Source of the DNA: Vicugna vicugna
Taxonomy: Eukaryota
Reading direction: 5' to 3'
DNA: 64,000 nt
Assembly: GCA_013265495.1 (NCBI GenBank)
Contig: MU057947.1
Location: 506,048 to 570,047 of the forward strand
Under the pieces are notes generated by a model that did not search any database, was not told where the DNA came from, and was given only the letters and a program-made list of their open reading frames with translations. This document shows, one piece after another, positions 1 to 12,700 of this stretch (the stretch's first letter is position 1; each line of letters begins with the position of its first letter). Made by a program: the position numbers and the translations under genes.

Positions 1-1224
1 GCCCAGCGCGCCCGGCCTGGGCCCGCGCTGCCCAGCACACAGTAGGCTCAGTGTTCAGCTGGTCTTTACCTTTGCCCATGGAAAGACTCTGTGCTGAGTG
101 TCCTCGTTGTCCACAGGGAAGAAAGTTGTGCACGGTTTGTGTGGTGTCTCAGATGTCAGCTCTGGCGGGGTTGATAGAAAATTGTGTAAAAGTCGCAGCT
201 TTTCTCTTTTGGCAGAGCGCCCGCTGGTGGAAGAGGGTGCGTTATTTCTGACTAGCGCTGGGGCTGCTAATGGGCTTAAGACCCAGAGGTGCTCGTGAAA
301 GTACAGCCCGGCCAGGCAAGGGCCGAAGGAGCCGGGTGTGGGTACCAGGCCTGAGTCTCAGGGGAGGTGGATCAGGGAAACGGAAGTGGGTCTCATCTCT
401 ATCCCATTTAACCAGTGAGGAAGTCTAAGCGCCACTTTGTCGGATTTCGCACTAACTGATGACCCACTGGGTGGACGCGGCTGGGACTGACACCTGCCGC
501 TTGTTCAGGACTCAGATTTTGAACTTGCCAGTTGTTCCCATTAAGGGCAGATTGCCTCTTGCTGGTTCTTGGCATGGTTTAAAGGGGGCCTCCCTCGCTT
601 TGTGATTGACTCGGGGTGGCCAAGGCTGGTTCTCAATGCGATGAGGCAGCCTGTGCTCCGGGCGTGCTTTTAGACCAGGTGGTCCAGGGCCATTGCCCTG
701 TCGCTGGCCACAGGGCAGCCCGGCGGCTTCAAGCCACGCTTCTCAGTCTTCTCCGTCCAGTGCGGAGATGCCGGAGCTGAGGCCAGGGCGTGACTTGGTT
801 CAGAGGCAGCCCTTCCAGCTCAGGCTGTGCCAGGGTTGGCCGGCAGCCCTCCCCCTCATTCCAGGCTGACAGCCTCCAAAGTGCAGGCTGTCCAGGCTGT
901 GCTCAGAGTCTGGATGCTGGGGTGGCTTGGTGATGTGCAAGGCCTTTCCCCGGAGGAGCGAGGGGGACTGAGCTCTCCAGAGACTCGGTCCTCCCTCCCA
1001 GGTGGGGGGAATCCTCACGCCCTTGCACCCGCAGTCACCTCATCGCCTCATCCCTGGCCTGCTCTGCACACCTGACTGAGTCTGCCCAGCCCTTCCTCGG
1101 AGCAGGAGTGAGGGCTGGGGGTATGCCGTGCAGGACAGAGTTCCTTTGCAGGCTGCAGGGGTGCCTGGCCCACCCGCCCCACTCACGGCCTTTCCTGTGT
1201 TCTCCATCTGGACGCACAGAACAG

Positions 1225-1310
1225 CCCAGTGAGGTTGGTGGAGTCAGGATTATTATTCCTATTTTATTGATGAGAAACTGAGGCTGGGAAGGGAAGTGGA
1301 CATCTAACAT
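1225..1310 (-). mobile_element. MIR SINE core fragment
   Basis: attattattcctattttattgatgagaaactgaggct matches the MIR core in reverse orientation. Confidence 0.75.
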
Positions 1311-2121
1311 TCGACCTTTCTCCCTGTTGCATGCGTGCCGGTCTGAACCTCTGCAGCAGTGCTGGGGCTATGTCCTTTCACGGGGCTGACGTGGACAAAG
1401 CCCTCCCAGCCGCTGTCCCTTTTCCCAGCTACTCGGCAGCAGCACACACTGGCCTGGCCCCCGTGCCAGCTCTGGGCTCCGGCCTGGGCCTTGAATCCTG
1501 GGACAAGTGACAGGGAGTCGGGCAGCGGGGACTTGATGGTGGCTACAGCATCCTGTTTCCAGCGGCCGTGGTGGCCCCAGTGCCCGCTGCTTGCCTACAG
1601 TCCCCAATTGTCCCACAGGTGTTTCCTGAGGCTGGGTGTGGCTCTGGCTGGACTGTAGCCAGTCCGGGTTCCTACGGTTTTCTGAGCCTGCTTCTCCAGC
1701 CTTCCCAGAAGTTCTGGGAGTTACCTACAGGGCGGCCTTTTGGTAAATTGCTTTTGTGCTTAAATTAGCCAGTATCGGTTTCTGATGCTTGCCATCGGAG
1801 TCCTGCCTGAGACGGGCTCGGGGAGGCCTGAGCCGGGATCTGCCGAGAATCGGCCTTCAGCCGATGGGGAGGCCGCTGGACCTCTTCAGGGCACAGACAC
1901 GTGCCTTTCTGTGGGGCTGTCGGGAGGGCAGAGGGAGGGGATCGTGTGTGGTATTAGGAGCAGGCGGGAGGCACAGCGGAGGGAAGAGAGCCTGCAGGTG
2001 GGGTGATGGGGTGTGTTGAGGTTTCACAGTAAAGCAGACAGCAGGCCGAGTGGTGCGGGCTGGACAGTCTAAGTGAGGGGACTCGGATATGGGAACCCGC
2101 ACAGCACGGGAGGAGCGCTGA

Positions 2122-2282
2122 GGACTTAGGGCTGCGGGCCGGCCAGTCCACTCTGCCTCTGGGGTGTGAAGGCAGCACAGCCCGCCTGCCAACAGGGAGC
2201 GGGGCTGCGTCCCAATAAAACTTTATTTACAAAGGCAGCTGCTGGGCTGGGTTTGGCCCGTGGGGGCAGTTTGCTGACTCTG
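2122..2282 (+). mobile_element. MER58A-like hAT-Charlie DNA transposon (3' part)
   Basis: ccaataaaactttatttacaaa...tttggcccgtgggggcagtttgctgactctg resembles the MER58A 3' half and terminal inverted repeat. Confidence 0.8.
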
Positions 2283-3583
2283 CTGTAACCCCTTCATGTA
2301 GTTAGTGGTGATGTGTTGTTCAAGGTGAGGGGTGGTTGGAGTTGGGAGAGCCCCGGTATGATGGGGGCCCAGGGACGTCCTTTTTGGGGAGGTGGGAGTC
2401 GGTGAGGGTGTCTGGGAGGATCAGGTGGACACGAGAGAGCTGAAAATGAGCAGAGCCAACATGCAGGTGCATGAGGGCCAGGGGTGCATGGCACCAGGGA
2501 GTTGGGGAGCTCCTGGGGTGAAGCCTGGGTTGGGTGGGGGCAGGGTGGATCGTAGTGCCGTTGGCCGAGTGCCATGTACAGGGAAGGACAGTTTTGGACA
2601 AGTTCACCTGAAGTGCTTCCAGGACAGAGAAGTGGAGACAGCGAGTCCGCAGCCCTCCTTCTTGCCCGGAGCTCAGAGGGAGGCCTGGCGGGGCAGCGAG
2701 GGCTGGGGAGCGCTCAGCCTGTGCTTGGTGGCTGACATCCAGGGTGGCGCTCTGGGAAGTGCTGGCATAGAAGTCCTGCCCGGGAGATGTGCGTCCCCGG
2801 GGACGTTTGTGGGACCCAGGGAGGGTGTTGCGGGGGGAGGAGGCACTCCAGCCCCATTCTGGTCCAGGGAGGCTTCCCCAGAACCCCTCTTCTCGCCTCC
2901 CCTCTGGTCAGAGTGGTTTTTATGAAACACCAATTTCCCTAAACCTTGGTGCCGGCTTCTTAGGGCTCTTAGCGCCTCCTTTGAAACCTTTGCGATACTG
3001 ACCGAAATTAGCACCTGTCAGAGTGGTTAACGTGGAGGATACATCATAGGGTAGTTTTTGTACGTTTCTTTCAGTGTCAATAAAAGATACCTGCTTTCCA
3101 AAGCATACGCATTTTAGCCCAACGTCCACGCGCCCCCAACCACTTAACAACGCAGGTCCGCCGTGTTAAGTGCTGAGTTAAATCTACGTTTCCATGATTC
3201 ATAATGGTTTGTTCTTACATGTACTTTATTCAAAATATCGTGGTTTGTCTTCAGTTTTTGTTGCAAAAATTAATTGTTGATGATTGTTTACTTTCAGTAG
3301 TTTTAGGTACTGTTTAACGGGACCTCTTATTTCGGCCTTAACTCTGCATTGGTTAAAGATAGGAACAGAGAGAAGCCAAAGGAGTAGAGGAGAGTGGGCT
3401 GTTGGCCGGCTGCCCTGGGTAATTAAGGCAGTTTTCTGTCTTCGAAGTAACTGTATTGTAAAAAGGACACATTATATGATTAAATTCCAAAGTGGGCGGC
3501 AGGAAGCTTTGGAAGAAGTTTTGTGTCTCACATACATGTGTGTCTGTTGTGCTTCACCAGTGACCCAGCTCTTTCAGGTATGT

Positions 3584-3612
3584 GTGACTTTAAAAATGGT
3601 TTTTCTCTTTAG
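3584..3612 (+). promoter_or_regulatory. 3' splice site of MGMT intron 1
   Basis: Possible branch point (gtgac), pyrimidine tract tttttctcttt, and AG immediately before the exon. Confidence 0.85.
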
Positions 3613-3624
3613 GTCCTTGGGAGG
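3613..3624 (+). other. MGMT: 5' UTR part of MGMT exon 2
   Basis: 12 nt (gtccttgggagg) between the acceptor AG (3611-3612) and the ATG. Kozak context aggATGG is strong. Confidence 0.9.
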
Positions 3625-3749
3625 ATGGAAAGGACCTGTGAAGTGAAATACAAAGTGATGGACAGCCCTTTGGGGAAGATTGAGCTCTCAGGTTGTGAGC
3701 AGGGTCTGCACGAGATCAGACTGCGCTGCTGGAAGACCCCGGGCACTGA
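3625..3749 (+). CDS. MGMT: MGMT first coding exon (exon 2), codons 1-41 plus 2 nt of codon 42; partial CDS
   Basis: Manual translation gives [41 protein letters not shown](D/E). This is colinear with human [46 protein letters not shown], and Zn ligands C5, C24 and H29 are conserved. The 125 coding nt end at the phase-2 donor GA|GTGAGT, as I recall for human exon 2. Confidence 0.97.
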
Positions 3750-5489
3750 GTGAGTGAGCGTCCGAGTGACACCCCCCATGTGCCGTTTGTTCAGAGCAGC
3801 AGAGAGGAGTGTGGTTATTGCTCGTTCTCCATCGATCGCGGGGTAACACTACCCATCGCAAAAAGTAGCATCTCTCTAAAGGTGATGGGCTGTGGTTGTT
3901 CGTTTTCAGCTTGCAGCCTGGGAGCCCTCCACCTCCCGTTAACCACGGGGACGGAACCAGTAACTAGTAGCCCAGTACGTGTGAGTGGTGTGTATGTTTC
4001 CAGAGGGGCTGACTGCCTGTGACTGTGAACGCTGTGATTCTTCAGCAAGTGGGATGTGGGGAGCTCACTGAAGTTTGGTGACAGGGAGCTGCTGGCCTGA
4101 TCTTGTTTAAATCAGGACCAGGCTTCGCTGGTCATCGGCCTGCCAGGTGAGTTTTGTACCAAAGCCTGAGAACTGCTTAGTCAGGCGGTCCCGGGCCCCC
4201 TTGGATTCAGTGTCCGACTGCTGGCGTGTGTGCAGCTGAGGAGGGAGGGCACGAGGTTCCCTTTTCAGCATGAAGTGAGGGTATTGCCGATTCAAACGGA
4301 ACACGTTTCTTTTTTGAACGCTCTCCGCTGTATTTCTTTAATTGCCAAAACAAAATTTGGAAGCACTCCTTAATGTTTTGTCCTGAAATGTACCATTCAG
4401 TTTCCTCCATTCGTTGATTGTGAGTGGAAGTTGTGTTAAAATTGCAGTCCTTGTTACTTCTGCAGAAGAGGGCGAACCACCCACTCCTCGGCTCAGTGTT
4501 TGTCTTAACTGGCCAATAAACACGGTGCCAGGAACATTAGATACAGAAAATACATACGAAACATAAAAATTGATTTTAATGGACCCCTGTCAGAGCTGGC
4601 CATAATGAGCACAAACGCAGTAATAAATACCAGTTTTCGCCTCCTCTGTCGAGATTTTTCCTGTCGAGCTGCATGTTACAATCAATAGTCTTTTTTAAGA
4701 GCAAAAAAAATCAAACCTTTGAACTGTATGAATACACTCTTCTCTATTTCTATGAGAACCAGCTGGCTGCAGTGCTCAGAAAATCACAGGCACCAAATAA
4801 TTTGTAGGGAAAATGTCATTTTGTCTTTTAGCATGTTCAGTTGCACAATAAATCACAGAAATTATGTGTTGAATTTTTTTTTTTATAAAGACACTCCTTA
4901 AAGTGAATTTGGGGAAGAGAGGGCTGGGGGGAGAAAACCCGCTTTAAATGCCCACAGTGAATTGAGAACAGAGTGAGGGTGAGGCTCAGCTCTGCTTCTG
5001 CTCTGAGTACTTCCTGCTTCAAGTTAGGATTGGGTTCATCTGTGGAAAACAAGGTCCTCTGGGTAACGGCTTAATACAGTGCAGCTGACTTCTCTGCGGG
5101 AGATGCGCCTGTGGGTGAGCCGTGAACGTGGGTCTGCTGGTGGCATGGTCACTGAGAGCTTGCCTCCCCCCTATCCACAGCTTTCATTTCTGCATCTTCA
5201 GGCTGTGGTCCTTGTCCTGAGCCTTCAGGCCCAAATCTGGGGTGCAGGTGGCCACACTCACGTTCCCAGCAGCGGATGGAGGAGAAGGGTCCTCTTACCT
5301 CACTGGCCACACCGTGCTGGACACATGGAGGTTGTCCTGTCCAGAGTCAGGGACTCTGTGTGGAAGGGAGAAGTGGGAAGTGGTTTGGGGGACACCAGCT
5401 GTCTGTTACATATGGTTAATTTTGGGGAGGGAGATTTCAAAGTTAGAGAATAGCATAAAATTATCTCTATGAATACTCAGTTAACACTT

Positions 5490-7850
5490 TATTTCATTTT
5501 TAAAAAGGTAAAAATTACATGATAAATAAAATGCATAGATTTTTAAGTGCAAAGTTCTGTGGGTTTTGACATATGTGTACAGTGCCCACCAACACAAACC
5601 AGGATATAAAACCCTCTGGAAAGTTCCGCTGGGCTCCCTTCCTGCCACTCCTCCCTGTTGGCATCCGCTGCTCTGCTTTCTCTCGTATCGGACGGATTTT
5701 CCTTGCTCTTGAACTTCACATAAACGCAGCCTTACGGCACGTGCTCTTTTTGTACTGGGTTCAACAGTGTTTTCGAGGTTTGCCCGTGTTGTTTTGTGTG
5801 TCAGTAAGTAGTTCCTTCTTTGTTATTAAGTATTGGCTTGTGCGAATATACCACAGGTTTGTATTCATTGCCCTGTTGCTGGGTGTTTGCCTTGTCCAGT
5901 TTGGGGCTGCTGTGCCTAAAACTGCTGTGAATAGTCTCGTTCAAGCCCCTTTGTGGACGTGTTTCCACTTCCCTCGAGTGCGTCCCTTGCCGTGGACTTG
6001 CTGGATTGCGTGGCAGATGGTTGTTTAGCCTCGTCAGCTGTTACCAGCACTTGCCCCGGAGCTGACGTTTCACGTTCCCACCCGGAAGGCACGGGGCCTC
6101 TCTGACTCCGCGCTCTCGCCGTTCTCGGGGGTGCGAAGTGTCCACTCTCGTGGCGGTGGTGGCGGTAACCTGCCCTTTCCTGTTGGCGTACTTTGAACAC
6201 CGTTGTCAGTAAGCTTTCATCGTGAGGCAAATCTCTTTCCCGTTTTTACCTGGTGTTTTCTTGGCTCTTGTCGATCTGCGGCTCCGCTTACACGTCACCG
6301 ATCGGGTGTAGGAACTGATCGTTTTCTCGCAGTTGGAGGTTTCTGTTTTTATTTTTCTAATAACGGCTTTCAATGAGTAGAAGCCTTTAATTTTGAGGAA
6401 AACCAAAATGTTTTCCTTTCTGTCCAGTATATTTTGTGTATATTATTAAGACTATCAAATAAATATATTAAGAAATATTTGCCTACTGTAATTTCACAAA
6501 TATGTTCTTTTATAATTCTCTGAAAAATATTACAATGTTAGCCTTTTGTGTTTAGCCGTGTGTTCCACTGGCTTGAGTGAGATACTCAGGTTTTCCCACA
6601 GTTCCTGAGTTGTTTCAGCCTTACTTGTTGGGGGAGAAAAACGATTCCTTTCCCCGCAGAATCACCTTGGTGCTTTTGTCAGAAATCGTCGGCCATACGT
6701 GTGTGGTTGTGTACGTCTGGACACTGTTTCGTTGAACCAATTTTTGTGTCTGTCCTGGGCCAGTACATCACTGACTCGATCATGCAGCTTTGTGGTAAGT
6801 CTTGAATTAAGGTAATGTGAGTCCTCCAACTTCTTTTTTCTTTTTTGCCCAGAAGGTTGTCTTGGTTTCTGGGTCTCAGTTTGCCCTGTTACTTTTAGAA
6901 TCAAGGTGTCACTGGCTCCAAAAACGCCTGTTGGGGTTCTGAATGGGAGCCCACTGAATCTGTGTATCAATTTGGGGAGGGTTGCCCCTCGTATTGAAAT
7001 TTCTGGCTCATGACTGTGGTTTGTCTCTGCGTTTGTTGAGGTCTCTTTACTTTTTCTCAGTGCTGTTTTGTAGTTTCCAGCTGAAAGATCTTGCATGTCT
7101 TTTATAAAACCGATTTCTGAATACTGTTTCTGATGGCGTTCTAAATCAGTTTAACTTTTTCTAACCTTTAAACAGTTGCTGCTGGCATGTAACACTTGAG
7201 TTGTGCGTGTTGGTCCCGTTCTGCCATCTCCCTCAATTCACTTCCTAGTCCTAGGGGTTGTTTTGTAGTTTGCTTAGGAGTTTCTCTATGGAAAATCGCG
7301 ATGTCTGTGAGTAAGCGCAGTCTTCTTCTCCCCTTCTGACCTTTGTTCCTAATTTCTCTTCCTTTGCTGCACTGGCTAGAAGCTCCAGGATGACACTGAA
7401 TAGAAGTCATGACAGTGGGCGTCCTTCCCTTGTCGCATCCGGGGGAACTGCCACCCTTGTGGACTTTCATGGGCATCCTTCCTCGCACTGAGAATGCTTC
7501 CCCAGTCTGTTGAATTTTGCTAAATGGTTTTTGTACACGTGTCAACATAATGATATTTTTCTCCTTCATTCTTTAAATGCTACGTAAGTTAATTTTAGAA
7601 TTTCAAACCAATCTTGAAATGCTGTACATCACTTAATTCATGGTATCATTTTTTTCCCTTACATATTACTGGTTTGAATTTGCTATTTTGTTTAGGATTT
7701 AGAGGTTTAAGTTCATGAGGGATGTTCATCTGTAATTCTTTTTCTGCTAATGTGTTTGTGAGATTTTGGTGTTGGGGTGGTTCTGACCAAACAAGATGAG
7801 TTTAGAAGTGTTCCCTCTTCTACTGTCCAGAAGAGTCATCTGAGGGAACT
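5490..7850 (-). mobile_element. Ancient L1 (L1M-type) 3' UTR plus degraded ORF2
   Basis: L1 3' UTR-like sequence near 5500-5950. Minus-strand ORFs 6662-7096 (QDL..NYKT..LPKLIHRF) and 7168-7569 (KNIIML..KPFSKIQ) resemble L1 ORF2. Confidence 0.85.
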
Positions 7851-10800
7851 TCTTCCTCAAGTTGGATGCCATCTGGGTCTGGTAGCAAGGCTTCTGATCA
7901 GAACCCCCGTTGTCTGAGAGACATGCCACCTCACCCTCCTCGGGGGGCTCTCCCTCCACTTGGCTTTTTGCAGGCAAAGCCATGCGTACCCTCCAAGGCC
8001 TGCCCACTGGCTCTGCTGATGTGGAGGACAGGGGCCGAGGGGACCTCACAGCATCCTGAAGGCTCCAGGTGCCCATTGTCACCCTCCTTCCTGAGCCCTG
8101 GTGAGTCCTGGGCTCTTCATTTCCTCTGACACCAGGCTGCTGCTTCTGCAGGTGCATTGGACATCGGCCCCAACATCTGCAGTGAGATTCCTTTGCACTT
8201 CTATGCAGGGTATGCCCCCGCTTCCCATGGAGTCCATTTACCCGTGGATGTGGCTTCTGTGGGGAGCACTGACTTCTGTGTGGGCTGTGTTACTCACCTT
8301 TCCTAAAAATAAAAATGAGTGAAGGATACCAGTTTGGAAAGCATTACAATCGTCTCAGCTTTATGACTTCCGGCCAGTGTCAGGCTTCCATTAACAGCTG
8401 TCGTATTGCAGAGTCGCTGCTTTCACAAGAGTTTGGCTGATTTCTCGCTGCACCATCTTCCTGTGACGACAGCGCTCTGGCCTCATCACTCCCACAAGGT
8501 CTGAGTCTGATGAGAAAGGCAGGAGGACTTATTTGTTTTTCTGATGTTGTCTGGGGCTTGTTTAGTTTCTGTAATGCTGCTGGTTGTATTTGATGATGTG
8601 AAAATGGGCTGTACAACGTGGGCCACGCTTAATGTTACAAAGTAGCGGTCCGACCTCTGGATCTGGGAAGCGAGAGAGAACTGTGTGTACTTCACATCTG
8701 CTAAAGAGCTACCTTTGCTTTTCATTTTAAAATTCCTTCTACGTAAAGCTTTATAGAACAGTGCAGAAATGCAAAGTGAGAAAGTTAATAGAGCAGCCAC
8801 ACTAAGCTATTGTAAGACTGTCTATATTTAGAAAATTTTAAAATGCCGTTTTCTACTCGATGGGCACGTGTGGTGTCTTAGTGGTTCGGGGGCAGTGTCG
8901 TCACTCCTGCCTCCTGGCACCTTGCCTGGTGCTGAGGCTGGGGAGGGGCACGTGGTCAGGTCTTACCCTCCTCCAACGACTTTGGGGGCTGGCTGCCCAG
9001 GGGGACGGGTGTGGGCCTGGACCCTCTGGGACCTGAGAGCGTGTCCCTGCAGGGCCTCTGTGCTCTCCCTAGGGGCAGAGGGGAGTCGCCTGCCTCATTG
9101 GACACATGGCCGATTTTCACCCCTCAGTGTACCAAGGTCATCCCTCCACTGCAAGAGCGCAGATGCCCGGCAGGCCTGTCAGTTTGAGCAGATAGTGAGT
9201 GATGGTTTCCGCTCGTATTTGCTGCTTTCCTGCCCATCGTTAAATATTTCCTGTTACTGAGTGGACATCAGGAGAACATGAGGACGTGCGGGGCCTGTGT
9301 GGGTGGCTGACCCCCATGCTGGCCCGGGCCCGCCGTGTGCTCCCCCGACTCGGTGCCGCTCGGTCTGACCGTTCCCTCTTCTAGATGGCTCCGGAGGGTC
9401 CACATGTCCTGAACCCTTCCCAGGAAGCCCACAAGGTAATTCTTCTCGACAAGTTGGGGAATTTTTATACAGATGCAGGCACTTACTTTATTATAATCGA
9501 TCTTTCGAGGAAGAGAAGGAAGTGTTGTTAAGGATAAACGGTTGAAGAAGTGCCTGTCGGAGAACCTGCGGGCGCCTCACCTGCTCGGGAGCCGTCTCGT
9601 CGCAGGTCTTCAGTGGCTCGAAATGATGACTTGTGTTGCGTGTGCTTAACAATGCAGTTACCTTATACTACAGCGTCTTCCTTAAGGAGGTCTCTTGAGT
9701 CAGATAAGCATGTTTCTGTGGGGAACTCTTGCCCTGCTTTCTGTGGCTTCAGAGAGATCGTGTTTTTTTAGAACAAGAGCGTGGATGCCCTGGTGATTCT
9801 GGAAGGCCCACCCGCCACCAGCAGCTCCTCACCCACATCCGTGGAGCCCACGGTGTTGACGCCTCAGTGCTCCGGTTCCTGGCGCAGGGTGCATCATCAG
9901 CGGGGTGCACGGTGGCTCCTGTGGTACCAGCACACGGTGCCTGTTCTCTACTGTCGGGGTCCTTCACGAGTGAGGCAGTGGCGTCCTCTTCCAGGCTGGT
10001 GGCTGAAGAGGCGGGAGGGGAGCCGGGATGTGTCTCTAAAGAGAGTCTCGAGGGGGGTTCCCTTGTTCCCAGGACAGGGCAGGTCTGGGGCCCGGGGTGC
10101 CGCCTTTGGACGTCAGTGAGATACAGGGACGTGCACGGTAGGCCTTCAGCTAACCTCGGGGTCGTGGGGGAGACAGGCCCCCTCCGAGCCCTCTGAGGGG
10201 TTGGCTCTGGGTTGACGCTGTCATTCGTGACTGCAAGGAGGTGGCAGGTAAGGCCCCTCCCGATGGAGCTGCGGGCCTTGCCCTGCACCACGGGAGACAG
10301 TCCCAGAAAGGCGTGGTGCCCCCTCCGTGTGCAGGGTGGTGTCTGGCCGGGACCAGAAGAACTCCCAGTGCCTGGCCACCTCCTCTCATCCTCTCCTCTT
10401 GACTTTTTCCTTTCAAGTTTCTTAGAAACCGGTTCACTGTTTACCTGGGTCAGGGTGGAGCATGGTAGCAAGGCCGTTGGGCAGTTTTAAGTGAGTGTCA
10501 CTGAGATTTAAAATTTTCTGGCTCCATCTAAGAAAAAAGAGCAACATGAAAGTTTTATTTCTGTCTGTCTTATTACTGTGTGGCAGCGAGACAGAAATGG
10601 CAAGACTCACATGCCCGTGTCCGTGAGCTAGAAGCAGGTCGGTTCACTTAATTTTAAGTCTGCCAGGATCCTCTTGGAAGGAAGAAAAGAACAGCTGAAT
10701 GACAGCTACAAATATGTGGGTTCAAAATGTGAACCAGGCTGTCAAAGGATTTTTTTTTTGAAAGTTTCCGACATTTGGAGCGTAAGCACTTTCGAGTAGA

Positions 10801-12319
10801 GGAGGTCGATGGCTAATTTCAAGCAGAGGAGGGGGGTGTTTTCCTCTGTGGCATGTGAAAAGGCCGCAGATCCTCTGCTCTGAACGGTCGCTTTCCATTC
10901 GGAGGACTGTGGCTGTCCCCTCTGCTCGCTCCCGACTTTGAAAGGATGGCCCCGTGGCCGTCCTGTCCCTTGATGCTGCCGCACAAAGCCTTTCCCTGTT
11001 TCCGGAAGGCGGAGACGTGGGGGCCCTGATGCAGGGTCGCCAGGTGCGGTGTGGTCCCTGGAGGGCGGGTCCCTCACTGGCTGGGTGCAGGGCTCACAGA
11101 TTGTAACTGGCACCTTGAGGGGCGTCCCGTCCTGGTTGAAGCTTGGGCTCCTGCAGATTCTCCGCAGGCAGCAGCTCTGAGCCTCAGGAACAGGCCTCAT
11201 GCGTGTCAACCCTGCTCTGAGGCCACATCATCGGGGTCTCCCCACCATGGCCCTCTGGGGGTGTCTCTGCCCTGCAGTGCGTGGGCCCCTCCTGCCACCT
11301 CCCTGCTGGCCTGTCTTGGTGGCTTTGCGCCTACCCCCGCTGTCCCTGCCCGCGTGCTGGTCTCCCGAGCCAGCCTCCCGCGGTCTCTCTCCCTTCCTCG
11401 GTAGGAGCGGGCCTTTCCGTCCCTGGTACTCCTTCTCGGCCCTCTGAGCAGTTGGAGAGCACGAGACAGTCCTCATTGGGGTTTAGTAGTTGAGAACTGG
11501 GGTGACTTTGGGCTGGGGGCCTGCAGGAGGGTGTCTTTAAGTAGCATGTTCACCAGTCCCTGTCTAATTTGGAAATTTTGGCTCAAAACTCACTGTTGTG
11601 GGAATGAAAAGGTTACAAGTATCTGCCCTTATAGGCGTTGGCCTTCCTCACAGACGTGAGCACCTCTGCCTTACAGGATGCTCACGTGCACGTGCTGGTG
11701 TTCAGAGCTTGTCAGGAGGTGCTGGGCCCGTTTCCTAGGGGGCAAAGCTGAGGCCACTCGAGGAGCCAGGGAGCTGTAACTAGGGCCTCCTTGTGCCTCC
11801 TCTGTAGCCCGTTGTCCCTCAGGCCGTCCCCCTCTCCTTTTGTGAAGGAAAACTTTGATATCTGAGACCACTGACATGCATTTCTCATATTTTGTCTTTG
11901 GATTTTGATTTCCAGAATTTTTGTTGTTCATGTATCTCTAATGTTTTCTGGCATTTAAACCGTCTGTGACTAGTGAATAATTTTCAATTTTTTCTTGTTT
12001 TTAAAATGTTAATGGTGTTTAAGCTGTAAACTCTGAAAAAATACTTGGTTTGTTACATTTATTTTCTTTAAATTGTGTCAGTAATTAGATCAGCTCCTTG
12101 GCGTACAGGCTAGCTCTCGCATGCTGATGAGCTCAGAATTTAAATTGAGTTAAAGGTTAAATGAGTTTAATTTTTCAATGGAACTGAAGCATTGTCTTAT
12201 GTCCGATACATCTAGAATTTTTATTTCCAGTTGCTGTATCCAGTGACAGAAGTGGGTCTTCTTGTGATAAAAGCATTGAATTCATTAAGGATCATGTTAG
12301 AGTCTCTTGCTGGTGGACT

Positions 12320-12700
12320 TGCCATGTGTCAGTGTCTATGGTGTGCCTTGGGGACAGGCCTGGGGGATGGTGCTGTCATGACGGGGACAGGCCTGGGGAT
12401 GATGCTGTCATGACGGGGACGGGTCTGGGTGGATGGTGGAGCGTGCTGTTCTGCCCCCGTGGAGGGCACCTGTGAGCAGGTGTGGGGGATGTTTAGATGG
12501 TGGGAGGGGTGATGGCTCGGGCCATGCCCAGGGTGCTGACGGTAGCACCTACTGGGGCTGCCCGAGGTGGGACGTGGTCTGGCAGTGGGACCAGTGGGAG
12601 CTGGTGTTGAGGGATGCGGGGCCTGACAGGAGGAGGAGCGTGTGGCGATGCCGTGGGCCCTGGCGTGGATAACTGACCGGTGGGGAGGGTATGGGGGCAC
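12320..12700 (-). mobile_element. L2 LINE fragment (degraded)
   Basis: ctatggtgtgcc...ctgggggatggtgctgtc...ctgcccccgtggag resembles the reverse of the L2 3' region. Confidence 0.5.
12350..12438. repeat. About 33-bp tandem repeat, 2.7 copies
   Basis: ggggacaggcctgggggatggtgctgtcatgac at 12350-12382 and 12383-12414, with a partial third copy. Confidence 0.9.

Noticed and set aside
3141..3172. Small hairpin cacttaaca...tgttaagtg
   Set aside because: A 9-bp stem is expected by chance in a window of this size, and there is no RNA-gene context.
3570..3612. Alternative acceptor (ctctttcAG, 3576-3577) giving an N-terminal extension from the in-frame ATG at 3580
   Set aside because: An in-frame TAG at 3610-3612 blocks any extension, and the canonical acceptor matches the known exon boundary.
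3284..3646. 120-aa ORF overlapping the MGMT exon
   Set aside because: Different frame from MGMT, mostly intronic, and no recognisable homology.
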